From a virus (taxonomy: Duplodnaviria > Caudoviricetes): a stretch of 52,359 nucleotides of DNA. The stretch's first letter is position 1; the number at the start of each line of letters is the position of its first letter. A program made the translations under genes and the position numbers. Of this stretch, positions 28,639-37,737 are shown one piece after another. The stretch spans positions 1 to 52,359 of the IMG/VR virus record IMGVR_UViG_3300027365_000018; one strand, given 5' to 3'. The notes under the pieces were generated by a model. It saw only the letters and a list, made by a program, of their open reading frames with translations, did no database searches and was not told where the DNA came from.

Positions 28639-28701
28639 TACAACCGAGGTTGTACATTGACAAATCACCTTGGAAGTAATTAGATTACAACCTATGTTGT
28701 T
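28639..28701 (+). promoter_or_regulatory. PR promoter with OR operators
   Basis: TACAACCGAGGTTGTA (28639) and TACAACCTATGTTGTT (28686) with a degenerate site between; TTGACA(28657)-N18-TAGATT. Confidence 0.8.
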
Positions 28702-28713
28702 TGAGGGCTTGTT

Positions 28714-28971
28714 ATGACCACAAAGGTGATAATGCCGAGCATGGCGAAGCAGAAGAGGCTGATCGCGAAGGCGATCAAGCTCCTCGGCAATCGGCAGACG
28801 TCGATGGCCGACGCCCTTGAGTGCTCCCAGACGATGGTCTGGAAGCTCCTGAATGGTCATGCCCGCGTATCCATCCGCATGGCTCGCAAGATTCACCGCG
28901 CCACCCACGGCGAATGCGCTGAATACGAGCTGCGGCCCGACTTCTTCGAGCGGCCCACCGAGGCCGCTTGA
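28714..28971 (+). CDS. cro: Cro-like HTH regulator
   Basis: QTSMADALECSQTMVWKLLNG..ELRPD; divergent from cI. The true start may be 28741. Confidence 0.85.
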   Translation: MTTKVIMPSMAKQKRLIAKAIKLLGNRQTSMADALECSQTMVWKLLNGHARVSIRMARKIHRATHGECAEYELRPDFFERPTEAA

Positions 28972-29028
28972 AGCACCGAAGCCGCTCGTGAGAGCCGCGA
29001 CCATCGCAACCAGCAGTAGGGGATCAAC

Positions 29029-29355
29029 ATGGATCGCTATCTCTCCGATGACCGTCGTCGCAAGCCGGAAGGCGAGCACCTCGACCAGGTGGTGAAAGTG
29101 CGCTTCACCGAGGGCGAGCTGGAGGAACTCCAGGCCGCAGCGACGATGCAGACCGGCGGGCGACTTGCGCCCTATCTCCACGACCTCGTCATGGAGGCGC
29201 ACGAGATCCGCCAGAAACGCCACGCCCAGTTGCTCGATGACCTGGCCAACGGCAATCCGCTGAGTGACGAAAGCCGCGAGGCGGCAACGATGATGCTCCA
29301 GCGAATGGCCGAGCACGGACTCATGCGAAGCGTGGCTCAACAGCTGACGGCCTGA
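29029..29355 (+). CDS. Putative transcriptional regulator in the cII position
   Basis: 108 aa with an RHH-like VKVRFTEGELEEL segment, directly after cro. Confidence 0.55.
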   Translation: MDRYLSDDRRRKPEGEHLDQVVKVRFTEGELEELQAAATMQTGGRLAPYLHDLVMEAHEIRQKRHAQLLDDLANGNPLSDESREAATMMLQRMAEHGLMRSVAQQLTA

Positions 29356-29650
29356 CAGGGCCTTGGGAGGAAAGTGTGTTCGATCGACAGATGGCTCAGG
29401 TCGCGCTCGAGCGAATGGACCCGGCGATACGATCGCTGGCTGAGGCCCAGGCAAAAGCGAGAGGGGTATCGGCGATCGATGCGGTGCTCGAAGCCGGCCT
29501 GCGGGTAGCCAGCGAGCAGACAGGAGAGGCGCTCTATGCGCTGAAACGCAGTCAGTCACGTCCGCAACTGCGGGCCGTCCAGTAACCGGAAACGAGAAAG
29601 CCCCGGCGGGCTGTGGGGGCCATGTGCCGGGGCTTGCAGAGGATTTCAGT

Positions 29651-30565
29651 ATGACAAACGTTGCCGAGCTTGACCAGTACCGTGCGCGCCGAGAGGGCGC
29701 CCAATCGTCAGGCCCTGATAGTTCTCAGGGGCCTGCAAGGAGTCCGCAGGTGGAGGATGGGTTCACTCGCATCGCGAACGAGCTTTTCAGCGCGCTCATC
29801 CAGGCGCCGATGACGGATCGAGAGCGCCGTGTGGCACTGGCTGTCGTCCGCCTGACCTATGGCTGGAACAAGAAGGCCGACCGCATTGCAGACAGCCAAC
29901 TGTCCGAGATCGCCGGCATGCCGCGCCAGAAGGTCAACAAGGTCAAGCAGCAGCTCATCGCCAAGAAGATCATCAAGTCGGAGGGTAGCGGTCACGGCAT
30001 CCTCTCGATCAACAAGCACTTCGATCAGTGGGATTTCGGGGCCAAACATACCCCGATCCAAAAGGGTGACAAAAGGGGTGACACTGTCACCCACGAGGGT
30101 GACAAAGTTTGTACCCCACGGGGGTGCACACCAAAGACAGAAGACATGAATACTCTCTCTAACGAGAGAGAGCGTATCGGCGAGCCGACACGCGATGCGT
30201 CCGTCGGTGATAAACCGAAGTCCAAGACCCTGCCCGACTGCCCGCACAACGAGATCCTCGACCTGTGGGCCGAGGTCATGCCCGACAAGCGTCAGCCCGC
30301 CAAGAACCTTTGGCAAGGCACCGAGCGTGCCCGCCACCTGGCCGCCCGTTGGAAAGCCGGATTCAGCATCAAGCACGAGCGCACCGGCGAACCCCTGTAC
30401 ACCACCCGCGAGGAAGGCATCGCGTGGTGGGGCCGGTTCTTCCAGTTCCTGCGCAAGTCCGAGTTCCTGATGAGCGACCACCGCTGGTTCGGCCTGCAGT
30501 GGGTCGTGAAGCGCGAGAACTTCGTCAAGATCATGGAGCTGGCCTACCACGGGGGTAACGCATGA
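29651..30565 (+). CDS. Lambda O-like replication initiator
   Basis: VEDGFTRIANEL..RLTYGWNKK.DRIADSQ..INK motif; contains internal iterons. Confidence 0.88.
   Translation: MTNVAELDQYRARREGAQSSGPDSSQGPARSPQVEDGFTRIANELFSALIQAPMTDRERRVALAVVRLTYGWNKKADRIADSQLSEIAGMPRQKVNKVKQQLIAKKIIKSEGSGHGILSINKHFDQWDFGAKHTPIQKGDKRGDTVTHEGDKVCTPRGCTPKTEDMNTLSNERERIGEPTRDASVGDKPKSKTLPDCPHNEILDLWAEVMPDKRQPAKNLWQGTERARHLAARWKAGFSIKHERTGEPLYTTREEGIAWWGRFFQFLRKSEFLMSDHRWFGLQWVVKRENFVKIMELAYHGGNA
30064..30128. repeat. Replication-origin iterons within the initiator gene
   Basis: GGGTGACA at 30064, 30076 and 30097; inverted TGTCACCC at 30085; a degenerate pair at 30110-30128. Confidence 0.7.
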
Positions 30566-31944
30566 GCCTGTTTTCGCACGAAGCCGAGCAGAGCGTCATC
30601 GGTGCCTGCCTGCTCGAGAACCGCCTGATCGACAAGGTCTCCGACGTACTGGGTCACGCTGACTTCGCCTCCCTGGAGCACGCCGTGATCTGGTCGGCTA
30701 TGACCCGCGTCCGCAACGCCGGCGAGGCGGTGGACATCATCTCCGTCTCCGAGCGCCTCGAGAGCGACCGGACGGATCAGGAGGTCGGCGGGCTGGCCTA
30801 CCTCGCCGAGATCGCCAAGAACACGCCCAGCGCGGCCAATGCGCTGACCTACGCCGGCATCGTTGCCGATCTCGCCGCTCGCCGCCGGCTGCTGGAGTCC
30901 CTGACCGCCATCGAGGAGATGACCCGGGACAAGCAGCAGGCGCTGATGACGATCGTGGATGACGCCCAGGGGCGCCTGGCCAAGCTGATCCGCGCCGATG
31001 CCGACCAGGCGGGCCCGATGAGCGCCGACCTGGCCGACATGATCGATGAGATCGACCGCAAGTGGAACGGCGAGGAGGAGGCCATGGGCCTGTCCTTCGG
31101 CCTGACCGACCTCGACGCTAGGACCATGGGCATGCACCCCGGCCAGCTGATTCTCGTCGGCGGCCGCCCGGCGATGGGCAAGACCGCCTTCGCCCTGAAC
31201 ATCCTGCGCGCCTGCTGCGTGCGCGATCGCCGCCCGGCCGTGGTGTTCTCGATGGAGATGGACCGCCGGGCCCTGCGTAACCGCATGGCCGCTGCTATCG
31301 GCAACCTGCCGCTGCGCGCCATCCGCGACCCGAAGAGCTGCATGACGGACGAGCTGTGGCCGAAGCTCACCGACTCGGTCAACTCGCTCAAGGATGCGCC
31401 GCTGATCGTCGATGACCGCGCCGGCATGTCGCCCAACCAGATCCGCGGTGCCGCCAAGCGCTGGCGTGACCACTACGGCGACCTGGGCATCGTGGTCGTG
31501 GACTACCTGCAGCTGATGCGCCCGGACGGCAAGCACAACTCCCGGGAGCAGGAGGTGGCCGAGGCCAGCCGGACCATGAAGCTGATGGCCAAGGAGCTGG
31601 GCTGCCCGGTGGTGGCGCTCTCGCAGCTCAATCGCAGCCTCGAGCAGCGCAGCGACAAGCGCCCGCAGATGTCCGACCTGCGTGAATCCGGCGCCTTGGA
31701 GCAGGACGCCGACCTGATCCTGTTCCTGTACCGGGACGAGGTCTACCACCCGAACAACGAGGCGACCCGCGGCATCGCCGAGATCATCCTCGGCAAGCAG
31801 CGCGAGGGCGAGCTGGGCACCGTCTACGCCAGCTCCCAGCTGGGCAATGCGCGCTTCGCCGACCTGGACGCCGAGACGATTCGCAACCTGCGCAACCCCG
31901 AGCCAGCGGCCCCGGCCCCGCGCTCAGCCATGGCGGAGTTCTGA
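30562..31944 (+). CDS. dnaB: Replicative DNA helicase
   Basis: GRPAMGKT, FSMEM, VVDYLQLM, LSQLNR and DLRESGALEQDAD motifs. Confidence 0.95.
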   Translation: MSLFSHEAEQSVIGACLLENRLIDKVSDVLGHADFASLEHAVIWSAMTRVRNAGEAVDIISVSERLESDRTDQEVGGLAYLAEIAKNTPSAANALTYAGIVADLAARRRLLESLTAIEEMTRDKQQALMTIVDDAQGRLAKLIRADADQAGPMSADLADMIDEIDRKWNGEEEAMGLSFGLTDLDARTMGMHPGQLILVGGRPAMGKTAFALNILRACCVRDRRPAVVFSMEMDRRALRNRMAAAIGNLPLRAIRDPKSCMTDELWPKLTDSVNSLKDAPLIVDDRAGMSPNQIRGAAKRWRDHYGDLGIVVVDYLQLMRPDGKHNSREQEVAEASRTMKLMAKELGCPVVALSQLNRSLEQRSDKRPQMSDLRESGALEQDADLILFLYRDEVYHPNNEATRGIAEIILGKQREGELGTVYASSQLGNARFADLDAETIRNLRNPEPAAPAPRSAMAEF

Positions 31945-31945
31945 C

Positions 31946-32161
31946 ATGACGACCTCGATCGATACCGTGCTGACCTCGCGCGAGATCGCGCACCTCGAGC
32001 GCCGCGGCATCCGGCCGGAGCGCTTCTATCCGTCAACCGGCGAACTGCTGGTCTGGGTGAACGGCGAGCCCTACGGCCTGAGCCTGCACCGCGTGAAGCA
32101 GATGGCCCGGCCGACACTCATCGACCGCGTTCGCGATTGGATTGGAGGGATTGCCGCATGA
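31946..32161 (+). CDS. Hypothetical protein
   Basis: ATG immediately after the dnaB stop; 71 aa. Confidence 0.5.
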   Translation: MTTSIDTVLTSREIAHLERRGIRPERFYPSTGELLVWVNGEPYGLSLHRVKQMARPTLIDRVRDWIGGIAA

Positions 32162-32258
32162 CCAGCAACCTGCAGTGCCTGGCGATCATCGCCGGCAGCC
32201 ATGTCGCCATTCTCGCCATCACGGCGTGCATGTGGGCTATCGCGAATGGAGGTGTGGC

Positions 32259-32561
32259 ATGACCACCGTCACCCAACTCACCCCGCGCTCCCGCCAGCGC
32301 CTGAACAACGCCGAGTGCCAGCTGGGCCGGGTCTATCTCGTCATGCGCGACGCCACGTACTGGCTCCAGCTCCACGAGATCGGCGACATCATCCTCGACC
32401 GCTTCAACCGGATGGACAGCCATGCAGCGATCAGCGCCCGGCTCCGCGACCTGCGGGCCATGGGATTCACGGTCGCCCGGCGTGACGTGAAAGGGCCGGG
32501 CAATACGAGGCCCTGCGAGTACCGGCTGTTCGAGGGGCATGACGAGGGAGGTGCGGCATGA
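32259..32561 (+). CDS. Winged-helix-like hypothetical protein
   Basis: LHEI..AAISARLRDLR..EYRL; GGAGG RBS. Confidence 0.6.
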   Translation: MTTVTQLTPRSRQRLNNAECQLGRVYLVMRDATYWLQLHEIGDIILDRFNRMDSHAAISARLRDLRAMGFTVARRDVKGPGNTRPCEYRLFEGHDEGGAA

Positions 32562-32860
32562 AGATCAATCCATGGACCCATGACGACTCGTTGACCCTGG
32601 CGGAACTGAAGGTCCAGGGGCTCACGCATGCCGAGTGCGCCCAGGCGATGGGGCGCTCACGCCCGACGATTTACCGGTACTGGAAGCACCGGGACGTCAT
32701 GAACGAAGCGCGCCGGCTGCGCGCGGATGACATCCCCGAGGTCTACTACGAGGGCGTGGCCGCCTACCCCAGCCGGGAGTGCCCGTATCCCGAGTCGCGT
32801 ATCCGCAATTACTGCTGGTGGTGGGCCGGGTGGAATGACTGCGAGCGGGGTGTGGCATGA
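32558..32860 (+). CDS. HTH-containing hypothetical protein
   Basis: GLTHAECAQAMGRSRPTIYRY; C-terminal CPY..WW.GW. Confidence 0.6.
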   Translation: MKINPWTHDDSLTLAELKVQGLTHAECAQAMGRSRPTIYRYWKHRDVMNEARRLRADDIPEVYYEGVAAYPSRECPYPESRIRNYCWWWAGWNDCERGVA

Positions 32861-33035
32861 AAGCGATCCGCATCACCACCCTCGTCCTGCTGATCGGCCT
32901 CGCCATCTACACCGCCACAGCCCTGGTGCTGTGGCAGCCCTGCCCAGCTGATTGGTCGTCACGCTCGCAAGCCGGGAGCGTCACTGTTTGGACCACCGTG
33001 GCGCTGTTCGCCGCTGTCATCGGAGGTATGGAGTC

Positions 33036-33290
33036 TTGAGCAACGTCACGTATATCGGCTACGCAGAGTTCGACCTGCCCATGGAAGTGCTGGGCGTGCT
33101 GATGCGCCATGCCGAGCCGACCGCCGCAGAGATCGCGCACGACATTGAGATGAGCCATCAGCGCCGGTTTGCCGCCGAGGAGATCGTCGATGCCATCCAT
33201 CGGCTGCTGCAACTCGGCTACCGGGTGCTGGCCCACAACGACCCGGATGGCGTGCGGTATGAGCTGGTTACGGGAGGGAGTGCGGCATGA
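33036..33290 (+). CDS. Hypothetical protein (winged-helix-like)
   Basis: TTG start overlapping the upstream stop; 84 aa. Confidence 0.45.
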   Translation: MSNVTYIGYAEFDLPMEVLGVLMRHAEPTAAEIAHDIEMSHQRRFAAEEIVDAIHRLLQLGYRVLAHNDPDGVRYELVTGGSAA

Positions 33291-33760
33291 GTAAGGAGCT
33301 AGTCATCCCCGTCAACGTGCCGGCTGATTACGTGCCAGCCATTGAGCGGACAAAGGCGGCAGCTACAAAAGGCGTCCAGGGTGGGCGCCCCTTCGAGATC
33401 GCTCTGCGCTACCCGACCCGAGAGCAGATCCAGAACGCGAAGTTCCACGCCATGATCGGCGACATCCACCGCCAGTGCTTCCGGGGCTACTCGTTCGACG
33501 GCGTGAAGGCGGTACTTGTGAATCAGTTTGCGAGGGAAATGGATGAAGCTGGCACCCCATTGGCCAGCCCGGGCGAGAAGGTCTGGGACTGGCAGAGTCA
33601 GGAGCCGGTCTATGTCCGCCCATCCACGACCAAGTTCCGAAAGCCCGAGGCAGCTGCCTTCATCGAGTTCCTGTATGCGGCCGGCACGGATCTCGATGTG
33701 ACATGGAGCAAGAAGGCGCTGGCGATCTATGACGAGTACAAGGAGGCGAAGGCGGCATGA
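33287..33760 (+). CDS. NinB-like recombination protein
   Basis: R..QNAKFHAMIGDI..ST.KF...E...FIEFLYA.G....V.W pattern. Confidence 0.75.
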   Translation: MSKELVIPVNVPADYVPAIERTKAAATKGVQGGRPFEIALRYPTREQIQNAKFHAMIGDIHRQCFRGYSFDGVKAVLVNQFAREMDEAGTPLASPGEKVWDWQSQEPVYVRPSTTKFRKPEAAAFIEFLYAAGTDLDVTWSKKALAIYDEYKEAKAA

Positions 33761-34200
33761 AGAGAACTGCACTGAAACGTCGCACCCAGATTCGCGCCAA
33801 AACACCTCTTTCTGCAAAGCGCCCCGTGCAGAAAGCTTGCAGAAAGCCTAAGAGAGCCGTGCAGAAAGAGAGCCGGTTCCGCAGCGAGCGCTATCTGGCG
33901 TTCGTGCGCAGCCTGCCTTGCAGCGTGTGCGGCGCTCCGGCTGATTCAGCGCACCACATCATCGCCATGTACAACCTGTCCGGCATGGGCCTGAAAGCGC
34001 CGGATTCTTTCGTCATGCCAGTGTGTGACGGGCCGGTCGGATGCCACGCCCGCATTCATGCCGAACCCGAGCTGCAACGCCTGCAACCGTGGTGGCTGAC
34101 GGACACGATCAATCGCGGGCTCGACCAGTTCACCGACGAGCCGATAGTCGGGGCGCTATGTGAGGCGCTGGAATTCATCGCAGAGCGGGAGGCGGAATGA
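33757..34200 (+). CDS. DUF968/NinG-like zinc-binding nuclease-fold protein
   Basis: RSERYLAFVRSLPCSVCG..AHH..GMGLKAPD.FVMP.C..CH. Confidence 0.7.
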   Translation: MKRTALKRRTQIRAKTPLSAKRPVQKACRKPKRAVQKESRFRSERYLAFVRSLPCSVCGAPADSAHHIIAMYNLSGMGLKAPDSFVMPVCDGPVGCHARIHAEPELQRLQPWWLTDTINRGLDQFTDEPIVGALCEALEFIAEREAE

Positions 34201-34554
34201 TCGACAAGCTGCTTTTAGTCCTGGCCGGCGCTGCCCTGTGCCAATCGTTCTGGGGCGTGGTGATCACCGGCAACTGGGCGGGCGCGGCTGTGATGGTGCC
34301 GCTCTCGGTTCTGGCAATCGTTATTGCGGGAGGCGCGTGATGATCATGGTAAGCGGACCGGCTGCGCGGCGGCTGGCGAGGGCGGCGGCCGAGCATGACG
34401 CGGCAAGGCTCGCCTACATCCATGCTGACGTTGGCGAGGATCAGGCTGCGTGCGCTCGTCTGGATGACGCGAAGGTCGAGAAGGACGCCGCTTCTGATGC
34501 TGTCGCCGCAGAGCTGATCGAGGCTGGCTACCACGAGATGGAGGGTGACGACTA

Positions 34555-35055
34555 ATGGGCAAGACCTCCCGTACCAAGGGCGCCAAGGGCGAGCTGCAAC
34601 TGGCCGCCCTGCTCAACGAGCGCATGGGCCTCTCCCTAACTCGCCGCCTCACCCAGTACCAGTCAGGCGGACATGACCTCGACGGCTGGGATGGCGTCCA
34701 CATCGAGAGCAAGCGCAACAAGACCGCCACTCAAGGCCAGATCGCCGGCTGGTGGCAGCAGACCCTGGAGCAATGCCCCGGTGGCGAGACGCCTGTGCTG
34801 GCCTACCGGGCAGATCGTCAGGACTGGCGGTTCGTCATCCGTCCCAGCGACTGGTCCGGGCCTACTCACGAGCCTATCGAGGTGACGATTGACGGGTTCG
34901 TTGAGTGGGTCAGGCATGGGCGGCAACTCCTCATTCAGTTCGGTGGCATGAATCTCTGCCCGGACTGCGGCAATAAGCGCTGCCCGAAGGCGACAGATCA
35001 CCGGAACGCCTGCACCGGCAGCAATGAGCCAGGTCAGGCGGGGAGTCGGTACTGA
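34555..35055 (+). CDS. Putative Holliday junction resolvase (PD-(D/E)xK)
   Basis: SRTKGAKGE..DL..HIESKR..WW.Q..PVLAYRADRQ.W; C-terminal CPDCGNKRCP tail. Confidence 0.7.
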   Translation: MGKTSRTKGAKGELQLAALLNERMGLSLTRRLTQYQSGGHDLDGWDGVHIESKRNKTATQGQIAGWWQQTLEQCPGGETPVLAYRADRQDWRFVIRPSDWSGPTHEPIEVTIDGFVEWVRHGRQLLIQFGGMNLCPDCGNKRCPKATDHRNACTGSNEPGQAGSRY

Positions 35056-35346
35056 TGAGCGAGCCAGCAGAGAAGCCCCGCGATGCGCGATACCGGAACC
35101 AGCCGAGGCCGCAACGATGACCTACGGCGTCCGCCCCGAGGGCATGACAGATGCTGACTGGACGCTGGAGTGCCAGGCCAGAATGGTCGTCCGGCTTATG
35201 CTGGAAGTGCCCAAGGGGCAGCGAGAGGGAATCTTCCGGGAGTGGGAAGGGCGACTACCCGGGGTGACGCGGGAACGCGTCAGAGAGGCGCTCAGGCAAC
35301 AAACGGCAACAGCAGGCAACATTTAAGGCAACGCGAGGATAACAGC

Positions 35347-35964
35347 ATGCGATACGGGTCAGCGCGCCAGATGATCTTCGAAGCGTACCGCACGGGCGGC
35401 AATAGCGTCCTCGCCGGAGCGATCCAGAAAGCCCGATGGGGCGTGGACGTCCAGCTGAGCAACCGGAACAACAACGATTGGTGCATCGTGCACGGCCTCG
35501 AGGCTGGGGCGGTGATCAGCGCGGTAGAGAGTCAGGCGCCACACCTTCGGTCGCTCGCGCTCTACCTATTCGGGCCGTTCACACGAGACGAACTGGCCGA
35601 GGACCGCGAGACGGTGCAAATCGCACTGTACCGCAAGCTGCTGTCCGATGGAGTGCGACTACCAGGGCAGGGGAAAGGGCTGCCCACAGCCGAGCAACTC
35701 GAGACCCTGCGCTATCTGTGCGCCGCGGCGATCTATCACCACGGCGAGATCACCTGGCCGTACCGTCGGCAGGGGCTGGCAACTCCGCGGACGGTGCAGG
35801 CGTGGCTGGCGGACGAGTGCGGCATCGATATTGAGGTGAGGTTCTGGACCCGCACCGACCGCGCCACTTGGGGCGCGGTCTGGGAGCGGCTGCTTAGAGT
35901 GCTGGATAGCTGGGAGGGCGAATGCCTGGCGCCGGTGGCGGCGCTGGTGCCGATGGCGGCTTAG
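35347..35964 (+). CDS. Putative late-gene antiterminator (Q position)
   Basis: 205 aa, last gene of the nin-like region, upstream of a PR'-like promoter/terminator and the lysis genes. Function is inferred from position only. Confidence 0.5.
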   Translation: MRYGSARQMIFEAYRTGGNSVLAGAIQKARWGVDVQLSNRNNNDWCIVHGLEAGAVISAVESQAPHLRSLALYLFGPFTRDELAEDRETVQIALYRKLLSDGVRLPGQGKGLPTAEQLETLRYLCAAAIYHHGEITWPYRRQGLATPRTVQAWLADECGIDIEVRFWTRTDRATWGAVWERLLRVLDSWEGECLAPVAALVPMAA

Positions 35965-36017
35965 ACGAAAGGATAATGAAATTCTTTCTTGCGTGGTGAT
36001 ACCAAGGGTGCTACCTT
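35962..36017 (+). promoter_or_regulatory. Cassette-1 sigma70 promoter with candidate operator
   Basis: Header TAGACGAAAGGATAA, AT-rich tract, TTGCGT(35989)-N17-TACCTT(36012); GGTGATACC (35995) and GGTGCTACC (36007) lie in the spacer/-10. Confidence 0.7.
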
Positions 36018-36065
36018 TAATCATGTGAGGCGAGCGAAGCCTACAATCGAAAACAGGAGCTGAAA

Positions 36066-36311
36066 ATGTATAACGACGACACAATCGAAAAGACCCTTTA
36101 TGCCGTATTTGCTGACGGTACCTACTGGGGGAGCTGGTCTGCTGATACGCCTGAAGCGGCGACGCAAATGGCGGCAGACGAGATCGGTACGAATGGAGAT
36201 ACCGAAGGCTTTATCGCCTTTGAAGTCACCCCGGATGAACGAGAGCAGGTCGATCGCTGGTGGGAAGAGGGTGCCGATGCCGCGACTATTCCCAAGTGTG
36301 TCGAGCACTAA
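36066..36311 (+). CDS. Small acidic protein, candidate anti-defence/anti-CRISPR
   Basis: 81 aa, about 19 D/E versus 4 K/R, AGGAG RBS, own promoter, next to an acr-aca2 cassette. Confidence 0.6.
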   Translation: MYNDDTIEKTLYAVFADGTYWGSWSADTPEAATQMAADEIGTNGDTEGFIAFEVTPDEREQVDRWWEEGADAATIPKCVEH

Positions 36312-36359
36312 AACCCGTCGCCCCGGTCATGTGCCGGGGCTTTGCACTGGAGATACGCA

Positions 36360-36713
36360 ATGACCGATACAGCCCGCAACAAAAAACGCCCGAGCATCTA
36401 TCTGAGCCCGCCATTGGAGCGTGTCGTCGATAATCTGCGTCGAGGGCAAAGCCTGAGCGCCCGCCTGGCCGAGATCGCCGAGCGCTATCAACTGGTGTGC
36501 AGCAAGCCGCCGGAGCTCACAGACGACGAGCGTCAGTTGCTGGGCAATACGCTGTCCGGCTCATTCATCGAACCGCTGTTGATCAAGCACCTGGATGCCG
36601 AGCTCGAAGACAGCGATGCCGGCGACACTTCGGCGCTGCGGGATCTCGCCGCTAAGATTCGCGAGATGAGCTATGCCGAGCGCGTGGCATTAATCGAGTC
36701 GATTGGGTTCTAA
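36360..36713 (+). CDS. Putative ribbon-helix-helix-like regulator
   Basis: 117 aa; N-terminal KKRPSIYLSPPLERVV..SLSARLAEIAERY strand-helix-helix pattern; GGAG RBS. Confidence 0.6.
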   Translation: MTDTARNKKRPSIYLSPPLERVVDNLRRGQSLSARLAEIAERYQLVCSKPPELTDDERQLLGNTLSGSFIEPLLIKHLDAELEDSDAGDTSALRDLAAKIREMSYAERVALIESIGF

Positions 36714-36741
36714 GCGTCTTCGCTGAAACGCGGTTGCCACC

Positions 36742-36843
36742 TAGACGAAAGGATAAGTAATTTATTCCTTGCATTGTTCGTAATCGCGAACTAAGATTCG
36801 AATTACAGGGTTCGAGATCGGCTCGACCCGGCTCTACAGAGAG
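36742..36843 (+). promoter_or_regulatory. acr-aca2 promoter with Aca2-type operator and 5'UTR hairpins
   Basis: TTGCAT(36769)-N17-TAAGAT(36792); inverted repeat GTTCG-N6-CGAAC at 36776-36791; hairpins at 36808-36829 and 36832-36843. Confidence 0.8.
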
Positions 36844-36852
36844 ATCGACATC

Positions 36853-37137
36853 ATGACTACCTACCTCAGCAACGCCATTGCCAACGCCACCTCACTCGAG
36901 CAAGTCGTCGAGTACGTCAACGAAGGCACCTGCGAAGGCATGGAGGGCATCGAGTTCACATCCGACATGCTCGCCGGTCAGTATGCCTGGCAGGCTGCGA
37001 AAGACGCGGATGATGGCGAGATCACCGAATACCATATCGAGGGTCAGCTTGAGTATCTGCGCGATGCCGGCGGCGTGTTCAACGGACAGAACGCAATTGC
37101 CCACGGCATGAAGATCGTCGCAGCCGATTCTGAATAA
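36853..37137 (+). CDS. acrIF6: Anti-CRISPR protein, AcrIF6-like
   Basis: 94 aa, acidic. AN.TSLEQVVEYVN..LAGQYAWQAAKDA..ITE..LEYL...G....NAIA resembles AcrIF6 as recalled; lies directly upstream of aca2. Confidence 0.75.
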   Translation: MTTYLSNAIANATSLEQVVEYVNEGTCEGMEGIEFTSDMLAGQYAWQAAKDADDGEITEYHIEGQLEYLRDAGGVFNGQNAIAHGMKIVAADSE

Positions 37138-37191
37138 CCCCGCGCACTATCCTGCCCCGGCCCAGCGCTGGGGCCTTCTGTTGGAGCTGAT

Positions 37192-37572
37192 ATGAACGGG
37201 AAAGAACTCCAGGCGCTGCGCAAGTTCTGCATGCTGGACGTGCGTGAAGCCGCCGAAGTTATCGGCAAGGTATCGCCGCGCAGCTGGCAATACTGGGAAG
37301 CCGGACGCAGCTCGGTGCCGGAGGACGTGGAAGACCTGATGAACGGCATCATGACCATGCGGCAGGAGCTGCTCGCGCGCCTCGAGAGTGAAGCATGGGA
37401 ACATAGCGACGACCCTCAGGATGAGCATGGAGATCGCCTACCCGTGCCTTTCTACGCAACGCATGAGGAGTACGCGAAAGCGCATCCCGAGCAGGGTGGC
37501 GTTATTGCGTGGCGCTGCCATCAGTCGGTTGTCTCAGAGCTGTATGCCAATCACCTGGTGACGCTTACCTGA
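37192..37572 (+). CDS. aca2: Anti-CRISPR-associated protein Aca2 (DUF1870 HTH)
   Basis: KELQALRK..MLDV.EAAE.IG.VS.RSWQYWE.GRS.VP.DVE..FY..EY..VI.WR..QSV matches the Aca2 family pattern. Confidence 0.9.
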   Translation: MNGKELQALRKFCMLDVREAAEVIGKVSPRSWQYWEAGRSSVPEDVEDLMNGIMTMRQELLARLESEAWEHSDDPQDEHGDRLPVPFYATHEEYAKAHPEQGGVIAWRCHQSVVSELYANHLVTLT

Positions 37573-37576
37573 CTGC

Positions 37577-37605
37577 TTGCCACCTGCATCATTTTCGCTT
37601 ACGCT
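37577..37605 (+). promoter_or_regulatory. PR'-like late promoter
   Basis: TTGCCA-N17-TACGCT followed by a terminator and then the lysis genes. Confidence 0.55.
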
Positions 37606-37624
37606 GCCAACATGATCGGATACT

Positions 37625-37651
37625 ACGCCCTGGCATTTGCCGGGGCGTTTT
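37625..37651 (+). terminator. tR'-like intrinsic terminator
   Basis: ACGCCCTGGC-ATTT-GCCGGGGCGT-TTT. Confidence 0.7.
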
Positions 37652-37737
37652 CGTTTCCGCTCCACGCATCCCAAGGCCCTGCCATCCCCTGGCGGGACCT
37701 TCTTGTTTCTCCCACGCCGTGAGGCGCCGGAGGCCTT

